A stretch of 32,000 nt of DNA, taken from Candidatus Saccharimonadota bacterium (lineage in GTDB: Bacteria; Pseudomonadota; Gammaproteobacteria; Enterobacterales; Enterobacteriaceae). The position numbers and the translations under genes are program-made. Positions within the stretch are counted from its first letter, which is position 1, and each line of letters opens with the position of its first letter. Under the pieces are notes generated by a model that was not told the origin of the DNA, did not search any database, and saw only the letters and a list, made by a program, of their open reading frames with translations. Location of the stretch: the NCBI RefSeq assembly GCF_012562765.1, contig NZ_CP046226.1:60001-92000 (forward strand). The letters are read 5' to 3'. Of this stretch, positions 11,528-20,995 are shown one piece after another.

Positions 11528-12229
11528 ATGTCTACAATAAAATTAGTATTACTTCGTCATGGTCAAAGTCAATGGAATAAAGAAAATCTTTTTACTGGAT
11601 GGTATGATATTGGATTATCTGAAGAAGGAATAATTGAAGCTAAACAAGCAGGAAAAATATTAAAAAATTATAATTTTAAATTTGATTACGCTTATACTTC
11701 TGTTTTAAAAAGATCTATACATACTTTATGGTTAATTTTAACTGAATTAGATCAAATGTGGATACCTGTTAAAAAAACATGGAAATTAAATGAAAGACAT
11801 TATGGTGCATTACAAGGACTTAATAAAGATCAAATAACTGAAAAATATGGAAAAAAACAAGTATATAAATGGAGACGTAGTTTTGATATTAATCCACCAT
11901 CTTTAACTATAGAAGATCATCGATGTCCAAGATACGATTCTAAATATTCTAAATTAGAAGATTATGAATTACCATTAACAGAAAGTTTATCAGTTACATT
12001 AAAAAGAGTAATAGATATATGGGTTAATGATATTTTATATAAAATAAAAAATAGAGAACGAATTATTATAGTAGCACATGGAAACTCTTTACGTGCATTA
12101 ATTAAATATATTGAAAATATTAGTGATACTGATATAGTACATTTAAATATACCTACTGGTATTCCAATAATTTATGAGTTTAATGAAAACATAAAATTTT
12201 ATAAAAGATATTTTTTAAAAAATATATAA
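11528..12229 (+). CDS. gpmA: 2,3-bisphosphoglycerate-dependent phosphoglycerate mutase
   Basis: 233-aa ORF with the [12 protein letters not shown] histidine-phosphatase motif, ERHYGALQG and [10 protein letters not shown]. Confidence 0.95.
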   Translation: MSTIKLVLLRHGQSQWNKENLFTGWYDIGLSEEGIIEAKQAGKILKNYNFKFDYAYTSVLKRSIHTLWLILTELDQMWIPVKKTWKLNERHYGALQGLNKDQITEKYGKKQVYKWRRSFDINPPSLTIEDHRCPRYDSKYSKLEDYELPLTESLSVTLKRVIDIWVNDILYKIKNRERIIIVAHGNSLRALIKYIENISDTDIVHLNIPTGIPIIYEFNENIKFYKRYFLKNI

Positions 12230-12239
12230 AAAATTCTTA

Positions 12240-14372
12240 TTATTTATTTGATGATTGAATAGATGTTATAACTATAGTATAGATAATATCTTCAATAGAA
12301 GAACCTCTAGAAAGATCATTAACTGGTTGATTTATACCCTGTAATATTGGACCTATAGATATTATTTCAGAAGATCTTTGTACTGCTTTATAAGTAATAT
12401 TTCCTGCATTAAGATTTGGAAATATAATAACATTAGCTTGACCAGCAACTAAAGAATTAGGTGCTTTATATTTACCAATATCTTCTATTATAGCAGCATC
12501 ATATTGTAAAGGTCCGTCTATAATTAAATTAGGATATTGTTTTTGAACAATTTTAGTTGCTTGAAATACAAGATCAACATCCTTTCCAGTAGAAGAATTA
12601 CCTGTAGCATATGAAATCATTGCAATTTTAGGTTTAATATTAAATAATATAGCAGATTTAGCAGATTGTATTGCTATTTCCGCTAATTGTTCTGCATTAG
12701 GATTAGGATTAACAGCACAATCACCATATATTAATACTCCTTGTTTAAGTAACATAAAAAATATTGATGATATTAAAGAATATTGAGGTAAAGTTTTAAT
12801 TATTTGTAATGCTGGTCTAATTGTATCAGCAGTTGTATGATTTACACCAGATACTAAACCATCTACTTCACCTAATTTTAACATTATAGTTGCTAAAAAT
12901 ATATTATTTTTTAATAAATTTTGTGCTAAATGTATATCAATATTTTTATACTTCTGCATATTTATAACAAAATTAACATAATTATTTCTGATATGATCAG
13001 GATCAACAATATTAATTCTTTTATTTAAAATAATATTATTTATTTTTGCTAGATTTTCTATTTCATTAACTTTACCTAATAATATAAAATTAGCAATCTT
13101 CTTATTTGCACATATAGAAGCTGCTTTTATAATACGTAATTCATTTCCTTCTGGAAGAAGAATACATTTATTTAATTTTCTTGCTTGCTTGATTATATTA
13201 TATTTAAAAATATATGGTGAAATATAATTATTATGTTTTTTTTTATTAAAATTATCAAAAAAAATAATTTTATTTATATATTTTAACATATAATTTTTAA
13301 TTTTATTAATTAATAATTTATCTTTTAGTGGAAAATAATTTTTATTAAAATTTTGTAATTTATAATATATTTGCCAAATATTTAAATTTATATTTAAAAG
13401 TGTTATTTTATTTCTTATACTTAGATGGATTAAATCATCAATAATTTTTTTATTATCAATAAAAGTATTTTCTTTATATTCTGTAAATAAAATTGCTGTA
13501 ACTAAATTACCATTAATAATTAATTTATATAAATATTTTAAAAAATTTAGATTTTTAATAGAAACAATAATTAAATATTCAAAAAAACATTTTTTATTTA
13601 TAAAATTATTATCTATAAATATTGTAGATTTTATTTTACAATCATTAATAATATTAATTATATTACAATTTAAATATTGACATATTTCTATTATATTAAT
13701 TTTAAATATAGTAGATATTTTTCCCCATGGAATATATGTAAAAGATGTATTATTCTTTAATAAAGAAGAATTAATATTTTTTATTATTTTTTTTTCTATA
13801 TTATCTTTTTTTAATAAATTATAACAATAGAAAAAAGGATTATTATTTTTATGAAAAGATTTTTTAATAATATATAATGAATTACATAGTTGTTTTTTAC
13901 TTAAAAAATTATTAAAAATAGAATTAATTTTTAATTTTATTTCTTCAAAAGTATTTTTTTTTAACATTGATGTAACAAAAATTATATCTGCATTTAAAAT
14001 TGTTGCTATTTTACAATTAAAATTAAATAATAATTCTTGTTCTGTACAAGTAGGTATTAATCCTTCTATTAAGATAATATTATTTTTTATTTTACTAGAA
14101 TAAAAATTTTGAATAATATTATCTATAATGTCATTATATTTTAATATATTATCTAATTTTTCAATATTTAATGATTTTATACAATCTATAGTAGTAAATT
14201 TCATTAAAATCTTTTTTGTATAATCAAAAAAATTATTTTCTATTTTAGAAATAGGATTAAAAAATTTACATTTTAAATTTTGTGTTTGTAAATTATAAAT
14301 TAATCCTAAATTTACACTGGTCAAAAAATTTACATCAACATTAATAGGTATTGAAAAAATAATTTTTGACAT
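12240..14372 (-). CDS. pta: Phosphate acetyltransferase
   Basis: 710-aa ORF (E. coli Pta is about 714 aa) downstream of ackA. The C-terminal PTA_PTB catalytic domain is well conserved (ILLPEG..., GLVSG..HTTADTIRPALQIIKT, GDCAVNPNP). The N-terminal regulatory half is heavily drifted. Confidence 0.93.
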   Translation of the reverse strand: MSKIIFSIPINVDVNFLTSVNLGLIYNLQTQNLKCKFFNPISKIENNFFDYTKKILMKFTTIDCIKSLNIEKLDNILKYNDIIDNIIQNFYSSKIKNNIILIEGLIPTCTEQELLFNFNCKIATILNADIIFVTSMLKKNTFEEIKLKINSIFNNFLSKKQLCNSLYIIKKSFHKNNNPFFYCYNLLKKDNIEKKIIKNINSSLLKNNTSFTYIPWGKISTIFKINIIEICQYLNCNIINIINDCKIKSTIFIDNNFINKKCFFEYLIIVSIKNLNFLKYLYKLIINGNLVTAILFTEYKENTFIDNKKIIDDLIHLSIRNKITLLNINLNIWQIYYKLQNFNKNYFPLKDKLLINKIKNYMLKYINKIIFFDNFNKKKHNNYISPYIFKYNIIKQARKLNKCILLPEGNELRIIKAASICANKKIANFILLGKVNEIENLAKINNIILNKRINIVDPDHIRNNYVNFVINMQKYKNIDIHLAQNLLKNNIFLATIMLKLGEVDGLVSGVNHTTADTIRPALQIIKTLPQYSLISSIFFMLLKQGVLIYGDCAVNPNPNAEQLAEIAIQSAKSAILFNIKPKIAMISYATGNSSTGKDVDLVFQATKIVQKQYPNLIIDGPLQYDAAIIEDIGKYKAPNSLVAGQANVIIFPNLNAGNITYKAVQRSSEIISIGPILQGINQPVNDLSRGSSIEDIIYTIVITSIQSSNK

Positions 14373-14421
14373 AATTACATCTTTCCTTTATAAATATTTA
14401 TTTTTAACATATAAAATATTT

Positions 14422-15627
14422 TTAATTATTAATAATTATAAATGTATCTTTTGCAATTAATAATTCTTCATTAGTTGGTATTACTAATATTGGTATACTA
14501 TTATCATTATTAATAAATCCTGTTTTACCATGTATTATATAGTTATTTAATTTTTTATTAATATTTATACCTAATATTTTTAATTTTTTTATTGTTAATT
14601 CTCTAATTAAAATACTATTTTCTCCTATACCACCTGTAAAAATAATAGCATCTAATTTATTATTCATTAATACAGTATAAGAAGCTATATATTTTGATAA
14701 ACGATGTACAAATATTTTTACTGCATTTTTTATTTTTTTATTTTTTAAATAATTATTTTCAATATATCTAAAATCACTAGTTATATCTGTTAAACCTAAC
14801 ATACCTGATTTATTAGTTAAAATATTTTCAATTAAATTAATATTCATTTTTAATTCTTTATTCATATAAAAAATAATAGCTGGATCAATATCTCCACATC
14901 TTGTTCCCATAACTAATCCTTCTAATGGAGTTAATCCCATTGAAGTATCTACACTTTTACCATGATAAACAGCAGTTACTGATGATCCATTTCCCAAATG
15001 ACAAGAAATACAATTAAAATCATTAATTGATTTTTTTAATATTTTAGATCCTTCTTCAGAAACATATCTGTGACTTGTTCCATGGGCTCCATAACGACGT
15101 ATTTTATATTTTTTATAAAAATATAATGGTAAAGCATATAAATATGATTCTTTAAGTATAGTTTGATGAAAAGAAGTATCAAAAACTGCAACTTGTTTTT
15201 CTTTTAAATGAGGAAAAGATTTTAATGCTTCTTCTATACCAATTAATTGAATTGGATTATGTAATGGAGCAAATATACATGCTTCCTTTATTCCTTTTAG
15301 AACTTTATTATTAATTAATACAGATTGTGTAAATTTTTCTCCTCCATGAACAATACGATGTCCAATCGCAATAATATTATTAAATAATATTGGATACAAA
15401 ATTAAAATTTTATTTGCTAAAAAATTTAATGCTATTCCATGAGAACTTTTTTTAGTTAAAAAATATTTTTTTTCAGAATTATTAATTTTCCATTTAATAT
15501 ATGCTTTAATACTATTAAAATATTCTGCAATACCAGATAATAAAGTTTTTTTATTTATAGGATCAATTATAGCAAATTTTAAAGAAGAACTACCACAGTT
15601 AATTACAAGTATTAATTTAGATGACAT
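14422..15627 (-). CDS. ackA: Acetate kinase
   Basis: 401-aa ORF with LVINCGSSSLKF, HRIVHGG, RRYGAHGTSH, CHLGNGSS and FTGGIGEN. It shows ackA-pta operon order. Confidence 0.96.
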   Translation of the reverse strand: MSSKLILVINCGSSSLKFAIIDPINKKTLLSGIAEYFNSIKAYIKWKINNSEKKYFLTKKSSHGIALNFLANKILILYPILFNNIIAIGHRIVHGGEKFTQSVLINNKVLKGIKEACIFAPLHNPIQLIGIEEALKSFPHLKEKQVAVFDTSFHQTILKESYLYALPLYFYKKYKIRRYGAHGTSHRYVSEEGSKILKKSINDFNCISCHLGNGSSVTAVYHGKSVDTSMGLTPLEGLVMGTRCGDIDPAIIFYMNKELKMNINLIENILTNKSGMLGLTDITSDFRYIENNYLKNKKIKNAVKIFVHRLSKYIASYTVLMNNKLDAIIFTGGIGENSILIRELTIKKLKILGININKKLNNYIIHGKTGFINNDNSIPILVIPTNEELLIAKDTFIIINN

Positions 15628-15849
15628 AAATTATCCTAATATATATTTATAAAATATCATTTTTATAGTATATAAAATTATAAAAAATAAAAATATAATA
15701 TTTATTATTATATAAAATATAACTTTAAAATTTTTATATATAATTTTTTATTAAATTATAATAATATATTTATTGCAATATTTATAAATATCGTTTTATA
15801 ATATTTATAAATTATTAAAAAAAATTTTTATTTGTAAAAATAAATATAT

Positions 15850-15920
15850 GGCGCATTGGCAGAATGGTTATGCAGAGGATTGCAAATCCTTTTATTTCGG
15901 TTCAATTCCGGAATGCGCCT
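15850..15920 (+). tRNA. cysT: tRNA-Cys (anticodon GCA)
   Basis: Hand-folded cloverleaf with acceptor GGCGCAT/ATGCGCC, anticodon stem GAGGA/TCCTT, loop TTGCAAA, T arm TTCGG-TTCAATT-CCGGA and discriminator T. It closely resembles E. coli tRNA-Cys. No 3' CCA is encoded; the gene is followed by TTTTTT. Confidence 0.9.
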
Positions 15921-15947
15921 TTTTTTAAAATATTATTTTTTTAAAAA

Positions 15948-16037
15948 GCCCAGATGGTGGAATTGGTAGACACAAGGGACTTAAAATCCCTCGACATATA
16001 TATTGTTGTGCGGGTTCAAGTCCCGCTCTGGGTACCA
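15948..16037 (+). tRNA. leuZ: tRNA-Leu (anticodon UAA), class II with a long variable arm
   Basis: Acceptor GCCCAGA/TCTGGGT, D arm GTGGAATTGGTAGACAC, anticodon stem AGGGA/TCCCT with loop CTTAAAA and T arm GCGGG-TTCAAGT-CCCGC. The sequence is near-identical to E. coli leuZ outside the variable arm. The 3' ACCA is encoded (16034..16037). Confidence 0.9.
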
Positions 16038-16061
16038 AAATAATTAATAATATAAAATAAA

Positions 16062-16514
16062 TTACCGTATATTATTTAATAAATTATTAAAATAATAAAA
16101 TAATTGTGGTTTCTTTTTTAAGATATTTTTATAATATTCATTATTACAATAATTTAATAAATATAAAAATATTAAGATTATTACAATACTTCTAAATATA
16201 CCAAAAATTAAACCAAAAATTTTATTTATTTTATCTAAAGCAGATTTATTTATTTTTTTATTTAAATAATAATTTATTATATATCCAATAATTAATATTA
16301 TTACAAATAAAATAAACATAGAAATACTATTTCTAAATAATAAATTATCAATTCCATATATATTTTTAGATAAAAAATAATAGTATTTTTTAGATAAAAA
16401 ATATGCACAAAACCAAGTTAATATTGATAATGTTTCTTTTAAAAAACCTCTAAACCAACTTGTTAAAGTTGAAATAATAATAATTATTATTAGAATATAA
16501 TCAATCCAATACAT
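16062..16514 (-). CDS. cvpA: Colicin V production protein family membrane protein
   Basis: 150-aa, 4-TM ORF. The N-terminus MYWIDYILIIIII..RGFLKETLSILTWFCAYF aligns to E. coli CvpA MVWIDYAIIAVI..RGFVREALSLVTWGCAFF. Confidence 0.85.
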   Translation of the reverse strand: MYWIDYILIIIIIISTLTSWFRGFLKETLSILTWFCAYFLSKKYYYFLSKNIYGIDNLLFRNSISMFILFVIILIIGYIINYYLNKKINKSALDKINKIFGLIFGIFRSIVIILIFLYLLNYCNNEYYKNILKKKPQLFYYFNNLLNNIR

Positions 16515-16801
16515 ATTATTTTATGTATACCTCAATTTTTAATTATAAAAACTTTATTTTAAATATTTATAAAAAATTGTATTTTATAATTAATATATAA
16601 TTAATAACCATTATTTTTTTAATATATTTAATATAAATAAATAAAATAAAAAATTCATTATTTAATTTATATTTTAAATTTTAAATTTATTATTTTTAAT
16701 ATTTTATAAATTAATAATATATATTTTCATAAAATTTATAAATATATATTAAAAAAAACTTCATAAATTTTTTAATTTAAAAATATTAATAAAAAATTTT
16801 T

Positions 16802-17626
16802 TTATAAAAAATATGGAAAATTTAGATGATTATAATATGGTATATTAAATTTTTTTGGATATTCTATTTCTATTAAAAATAATCCATTAGGTTTTACTGT
16901 AGCTGATGCTTTAGTTCTATCTTTTATTTTCAATAATTCTAACAACCAAGTTTCTTTTTTTATATTTGATCCAATATCTAATAAACAACCTACTATAGTA
17001 CGTACCATATGATAAATAAAAGAATTAGCTTTAATATCTATTATTATATAATTATTATGTTTCATAATATTTAAATGTATTATTTTCCTACAAGGACTAT
17101 TAGATTGACATTTTACTGATCTAAAAGAAGTTAAATCTTTTTCTCCTATCAAATATTTTGCTGCTTTATTCATCTTTACTATATCTAAATTATATTGATA
17201 TTGAGTAACTAAATTATTTAATATTCCAGATCGATATTTACTATTATATATAATATAATAATATTTACGTGATATAGCACTAAATCTTGCATGAAAATCT
17301 TTTACTACTGGAATAATCCAATTAACTACTATATCTTTAGGTAATAAACTATTAATTCCTAATATCCAAGATTTAATTTTACGTATAGTATTAGTTTCAA
17401 AATGAATAACTTGTCCTATACTATGTACTCCTATATCTGTTCTACCAGCACAAAAAACTTCTACATTATGATCAGCAATTATGGATATTGCATTTTCTAT
17501 ATTTTGTTGTATAGTATTTGGATATTTTTTTTGTTTTTGCCATCCATGATAATTACTACCATTATATTCTATACCTAAAGCAAATTTATTTTTTTTTAAA
17601 TTAATTTGATGACTATTTACTAACAA
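16802..17626 (-). CDS. truA: tRNA pseudouridine(38-40) synthase
   Basis: 274-aa ORF with ALGIEYNGSNYHGWQ, the catalytic-Asp block FCAGRTDIGVH, FHARFSA and DIKANSFIYHMVR. Confidence 0.93.
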   Translation of the reverse strand: MLVNSHQINLKKNKFALGIEYNGSNYHGWQKQKKYPNTIQQNIENAISIIADHNVEVFCAGRTDIGVHSIGQVIHFETNTIRKIKSWILGINSLLPKDIVVNWIIPVVKDFHARFSAISRKYYYIIYNSKYRSGILNNLVTQYQYNLDIVKMNKAAKYLIGEKDLTSFRSVKCQSNSPCRKIIHLNIMKHNNYIIIDIKANSFIYHMVRTIVGCLLDIGSNIKKETWLLELLKIKDRTKASATVKPNGLFLIEIEYPKKFNIPYYNHLNFPYFL

Positions 17627-17776
17627 ATTTAATTCCTTTATTTATAATATTATAGAAATCTATTTCTATTTTATAAAAAATTATATAAAATAATATTTTA
17701 AGAAAATATTTTAATAATAAAAATTATATTTATTTTAAATTAAAAAAATTATTCTAAATATAGAGTTTAACATATA

Positions 17777-18997
17777 ATGAAATTAATAAATAATTGTATT
17801 AAATATTCTTATAAAATATTAATTAACTTAGTACTAATTATTACATGTGTAATGTATTCTTATCTAACTTATAGTTATGAAAATGTTTTTGAAACTGTAT
17901 CTAAACCTATAATAAAAGCTGAATCATATATTTTAATAGATTATTATACAGGTTTAGTATTAGCAGAAAAAAATGCTGATATACATTATAAACCTGCTAG
18001 TTTAGCAAAAGTAATGACTAGTTATGTAATAGAACAAGCTATTAAATTAGGTAAAATTCATCAAAATGATATAGTTACTATAGGTAAACATGCTCATTAT
18101 TTAGGTAATATATTATTTAATGGATCATCTTTAATGTTTTTAAAATATGGTGAACATGTATTTGTTAAAGATTTAATTAAAGGTATTATATTACAATCAG
18201 GTAATGATGCTTGTGTTGCAATGGCTGAATATATATCTGGTAATCAAAATAATTTTATTAATTTAATGAATTTTTATTCAAAAAAAATAGGATTAAAAGA
18301 TACAATTTTTAAAAATGTACATGGATTAGATGAATTAAATCAATATACATCTGCTAGAGATATGTCAATTTTAGGAACAGTATTAATAAGAGATTTTCCT
18401 AATGAATATTCTTTATATAAAGAAAAAGAATTTACTTTTAATAAAATTCATCAGATAAATCGTAATTCATTATTATGGGATAAATTTTTAAATGTAGATG
18501 GTATTAAAACTGGACATACTAATAATGCTGGTTATAATTTAATAGTTTCTGCTAAAAAATATAATATGAGACTTTTAGCTGTTATTTTAGGAGAAAAAAC
18601 AGAAAAAAATCGTACATTAGAAAGTAAAATATTGTTAAATTGGGGGTTTAAAAATTTTAAAACAATAAATCCAATAATAAAATATAAAAAATTTATTTCT
18701 ATTCCAATTTTTTTTGGAAAATATCATACAATACCTGTTGGTGTTAATAAAGATATATATTTAACTTTTATAAAAAATCAAGAAAAAAAATTAAAAGTAA
18801 TGTATTTTGTTAATTACAATAAAATGATAGCACCTATTCATAAATATGAAGTATTAGGAAGTGTTAGTTTTGTAATAAATAATCATATATTAAGAAAATA
18901 TCCATTAATATCTTTAAAAGAAATTCCTCGAGGAAATATTTTTATTTGTATTTTTGATTATATTAGATTATTATTAAGTAAATGGTTAGATCAATAA
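17777..18997 (+). CDS. dacA: D-alanyl-D-alanine carboxypeptidase (PBP5/6 family)
   Basis: 406-aa ORF with an N-terminal signal-like hydrophobic segment and the three penicillin-binding motifs SLAK (SxxK), SGND (SxN) and KTGHT (KTG). Confidence 0.92.
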   Translation: MKLINNCIKYSYKILINLVLIITCVMYSYLTYSYENVFETVSKPIIKAESYILIDYYTGLVLAEKNADIHYKPASLAKVMTSYVIEQAIKLGKIHQNDIVTIGKHAHYLGNILFNGSSLMFLKYGEHVFVKDLIKGIILQSGNDACVAMAEYISGNQNNFINLMNFYSKKIGLKDTIFKNVHGLDELNQYTSARDMSILGTVLIRDFPNEYSLYKEKEFTFNKIHQINRNSLLWDKFLNVDGIKTGHTNNAGYNLIVSAKKYNMRLLAVILGEKTEKNRTLESKILLNWGFKNFKTINPIIKYKKFISIPIFFGKYHTIPVGVNKDIYLTFIKNQEKKLKVMYFVNYNKMIAPIHKYEVLGSVSFVINNHILRKYPLISLKEIPRGNIFICIFDYIRLLLSKWLDQ

Positions 18998-19045
18998 TTT
19001 TATAAAATAATATATTTCATTGAAATTAATATTCATATTATAATT

Positions 19046-19690
19046 ATGTATGATTATGAAAATAACTTATTTATACGTTATTTAGGAATAGAACCTTGGA
19101 TTCTAACGTATAAAAAAATGAATAGTTTTACTCAACAACGAGATGATAATACATTAGATGAAATTTGGATGGTAGAACATACACCAGTATTTACACAAGG
19201 AAGAACATCTAAAAAAAAAGATATTTTATTTATTAATAGTAAAATACCTTTATTTAATAGTAATAGAGGTGGAAAAATTACATATCATGCTCCAGGACAG
19301 CAATTAATGTATACATTAATTAATTTAAAAAAACGTAAAATTAATATACGATCATTAATTTTAATGTTAGAAAAAACTGTAATAAATATTTTGTTTTATA
19401 TAGGTATTAAAACTGATAAATTATTACATAAATATAATACTGGTGTATATATTAATAATAAAAAAGTTGCTTCAATAGGATTAAAAATATCTAGAGGCTA
19501 TTCATTACATGGTATTGCTATAAATGTTGATATGAATTTATTACCTTTTTCTTATATTAATCCATGTGGTTTTAGTAAGTTAAAAATGATTCAAATAAAA
19601 GATTTAGTTCCTAATATTAAAATTTCTATAATAAAAAATTTGATGGTTAATGAATTCATTAAATTATTGAATAAATATAGTAAAATATAA
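19046..19690 (+). CDS. lipB: Octanoyltransferase (lipoyl(octanoyl) transferase)
   Basis: 214-aa ORF (E. coli LipB is 213 aa) with IWMVEHTPVFTQG, RGGKITYHAPGQ, KVASIGLKI and GIAINV..PCG. It sits between dacA and lipA, as in E. coli. Confidence 0.9.
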   Translation: MYDYENNLFIRYLGIEPWILTYKKMNSFTQQRDDNTLDEIWMVEHTPVFTQGRTSKKKDILFINSKIPLFNSNRGGKITYHAPGQQLMYTLINLKKRKINIRSLILMLEKTVINILFYIGIKTDKLLHKYNTGVYINNKKVASIGLKISRGYSLHGIAINVDMNLLPFSYINPCGFSKLKMIQIKDLVPNIKISIIKNLMVNEFIKLLNKYSKI

Positions 19691-19749
19691 AATTAATTTC
19701 ATATCTAAAATAATAAAATGTATTTATAAATAATTAGTAAATCACTAAT

Positions 19750-20616
19750 ATGAAACAAAATTTTTTAAAAAAACCTGATTGGATAAAAATAAAATTTTCA
19801 GAAAAAAATATTCATAAAGTAAAACAAATTAAATCTATTATAAAAAATAATAAATTACATTCTGTTTGTGAAGAAGCTTCTTGTCCTAATATTATGGAAT
19901 GTTTTGGTAAAGGACAAGTAACTTTTATGATTTTAGGTAATATATGTACTAGAAATTGTTTATATTGTAATGTTATTAATGGTAGACCATTATTAAATAT
20001 TAATAATGAAGCATTAAATTTAGCTAATACTATTTATCAAATGAAATTAAAATATGTAGTTATTACTTCTGTAAATAGAGATGATTTACATGATGGAGGA
20101 GCTAAACAATTTTCTACATGTATAAAATTAATACGTAAAAAAAATCCTGGTATTAAAATAGAAATTTTAGTTCCTGATTTTAAAAATTGTATTAATAAAG
20201 CTTTAAAAATCATTGAAAATACACTTCCTAATGTCTTTAATCATAATATAGAAACAGTAGAACGTTTATTTAAAATAATAAGACCTTCTGGAAATTATCA
20301 AAAATCGTTAATATTATTAAAAAAATTTAAAAAAAAATTTCCGAATATCATAACAAAATCGGGATTAATGTTAGGTTTTGGAGAAACTAATGAAGAATTA
20401 TTTAATACTTTATATGATTTAAAATCTAACGGAGTAGATATTATTACTATAGGACAATATTTACAACCAACTAAAAAACATATTCCTGTTAAAAAATATA
20501 TTAGTTTATTAGAATTTGATAAAATAAGAAAAAAAGCTACTAATATAGGTTTTAAAAAAGTAATATGTGGTCCTTTTATACGTTCTTCTTATAATGCACA
20601 AAATTATTCCTGTTAA
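19750..20616 (+). CDS. lipA: Lipoyl synthase
   Basis: 288-aa ORF with the auxiliary-cluster motif CEEASCPNIMEC, the radical-SAM motif CTRNCLYC and C-terminal RSSY. It is about 33 aa shorter at the N-terminus than E. coli LipA. Confidence 0.96.
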   Translation: MKQNFLKKPDWIKIKFSEKNIHKVKQIKSIIKNNKLHSVCEEASCPNIMECFGKGQVTFMILGNICTRNCLYCNVINGRPLLNINNEALNLANTIYQMKLKYVVITSVNRDDLHDGGAKQFSTCIKLIRKKNPGIKIEILVPDFKNCINKALKIIENTLPNVFNHNIETVERLFKIIRPSGNYQKSLILLKKFKKKFPNIITKSGLMLGFGETNEELFNTLYDLKSNGVDIITIGQYLQPTKKHIPVKKYISLLEFDKIRKKATNIGFKKVICGPFIRSSYNAQNYSC

Positions 20617-20785
20617 ATTTATGCCTCTGAATAGTTTAGATCTTTTTATAACATTTGTTCAAAACAAATTAATTATTAATTAAAAATTTTTCTAATACAT
20701 TTGTTTTATTTATAAATATTAAAAATAAAAAATTTAAACACTCAGAGGCAATAGAACTCATAGATCTTTCAAAATACTAATAATT

Positions 20786-20995
20786 TTAAATAGCAATTAC
20801 ATTAGCAGCAGAAGGACCTTTGGCTCCGTTAGTGATTTCAAATTCTACTTTTTGGCCTTCAGTTAATGTTTTGAATCCATTGCTTTGAATTGCAGAAAAA
20901 TGTACAAAAACATCTTTACTACCATCTTCAGGAGTAATGAAACCAAAGCCTTTAGATTCATTAAACCACTTAACGTTACCTTTAATCTTGGACAT
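20786..20995 (-). CDS. cspE: Cold-shock-domain protein CspE
   Basis: 69-aa protein [69 protein letters not shown]. By my recollection it differs from E. coli CspE at only about 4 positions. I place the start at ATG 20995; the ORF track's extra M comes from an upstream TTG codon. Confidence 0.95.
   Translation of the reverse strand: MSKIKGNVKWFNESKGFGFITPEDGSKDVFVHFSAIQSNGFKTLTEGQKVEFEITNGAKGPSAANVIAI

Noticed and set aside
17652-17669. 8+2+8 palindrome ATAGAAAT-CT-ATTTCTAT in the divergent truA/dacA spacer as an operator site
   Set aside because: It is a single occurrence with no known regulator motif match, and regulators are largely absent from genomes of this type. It is plausibly a chance palindrome.
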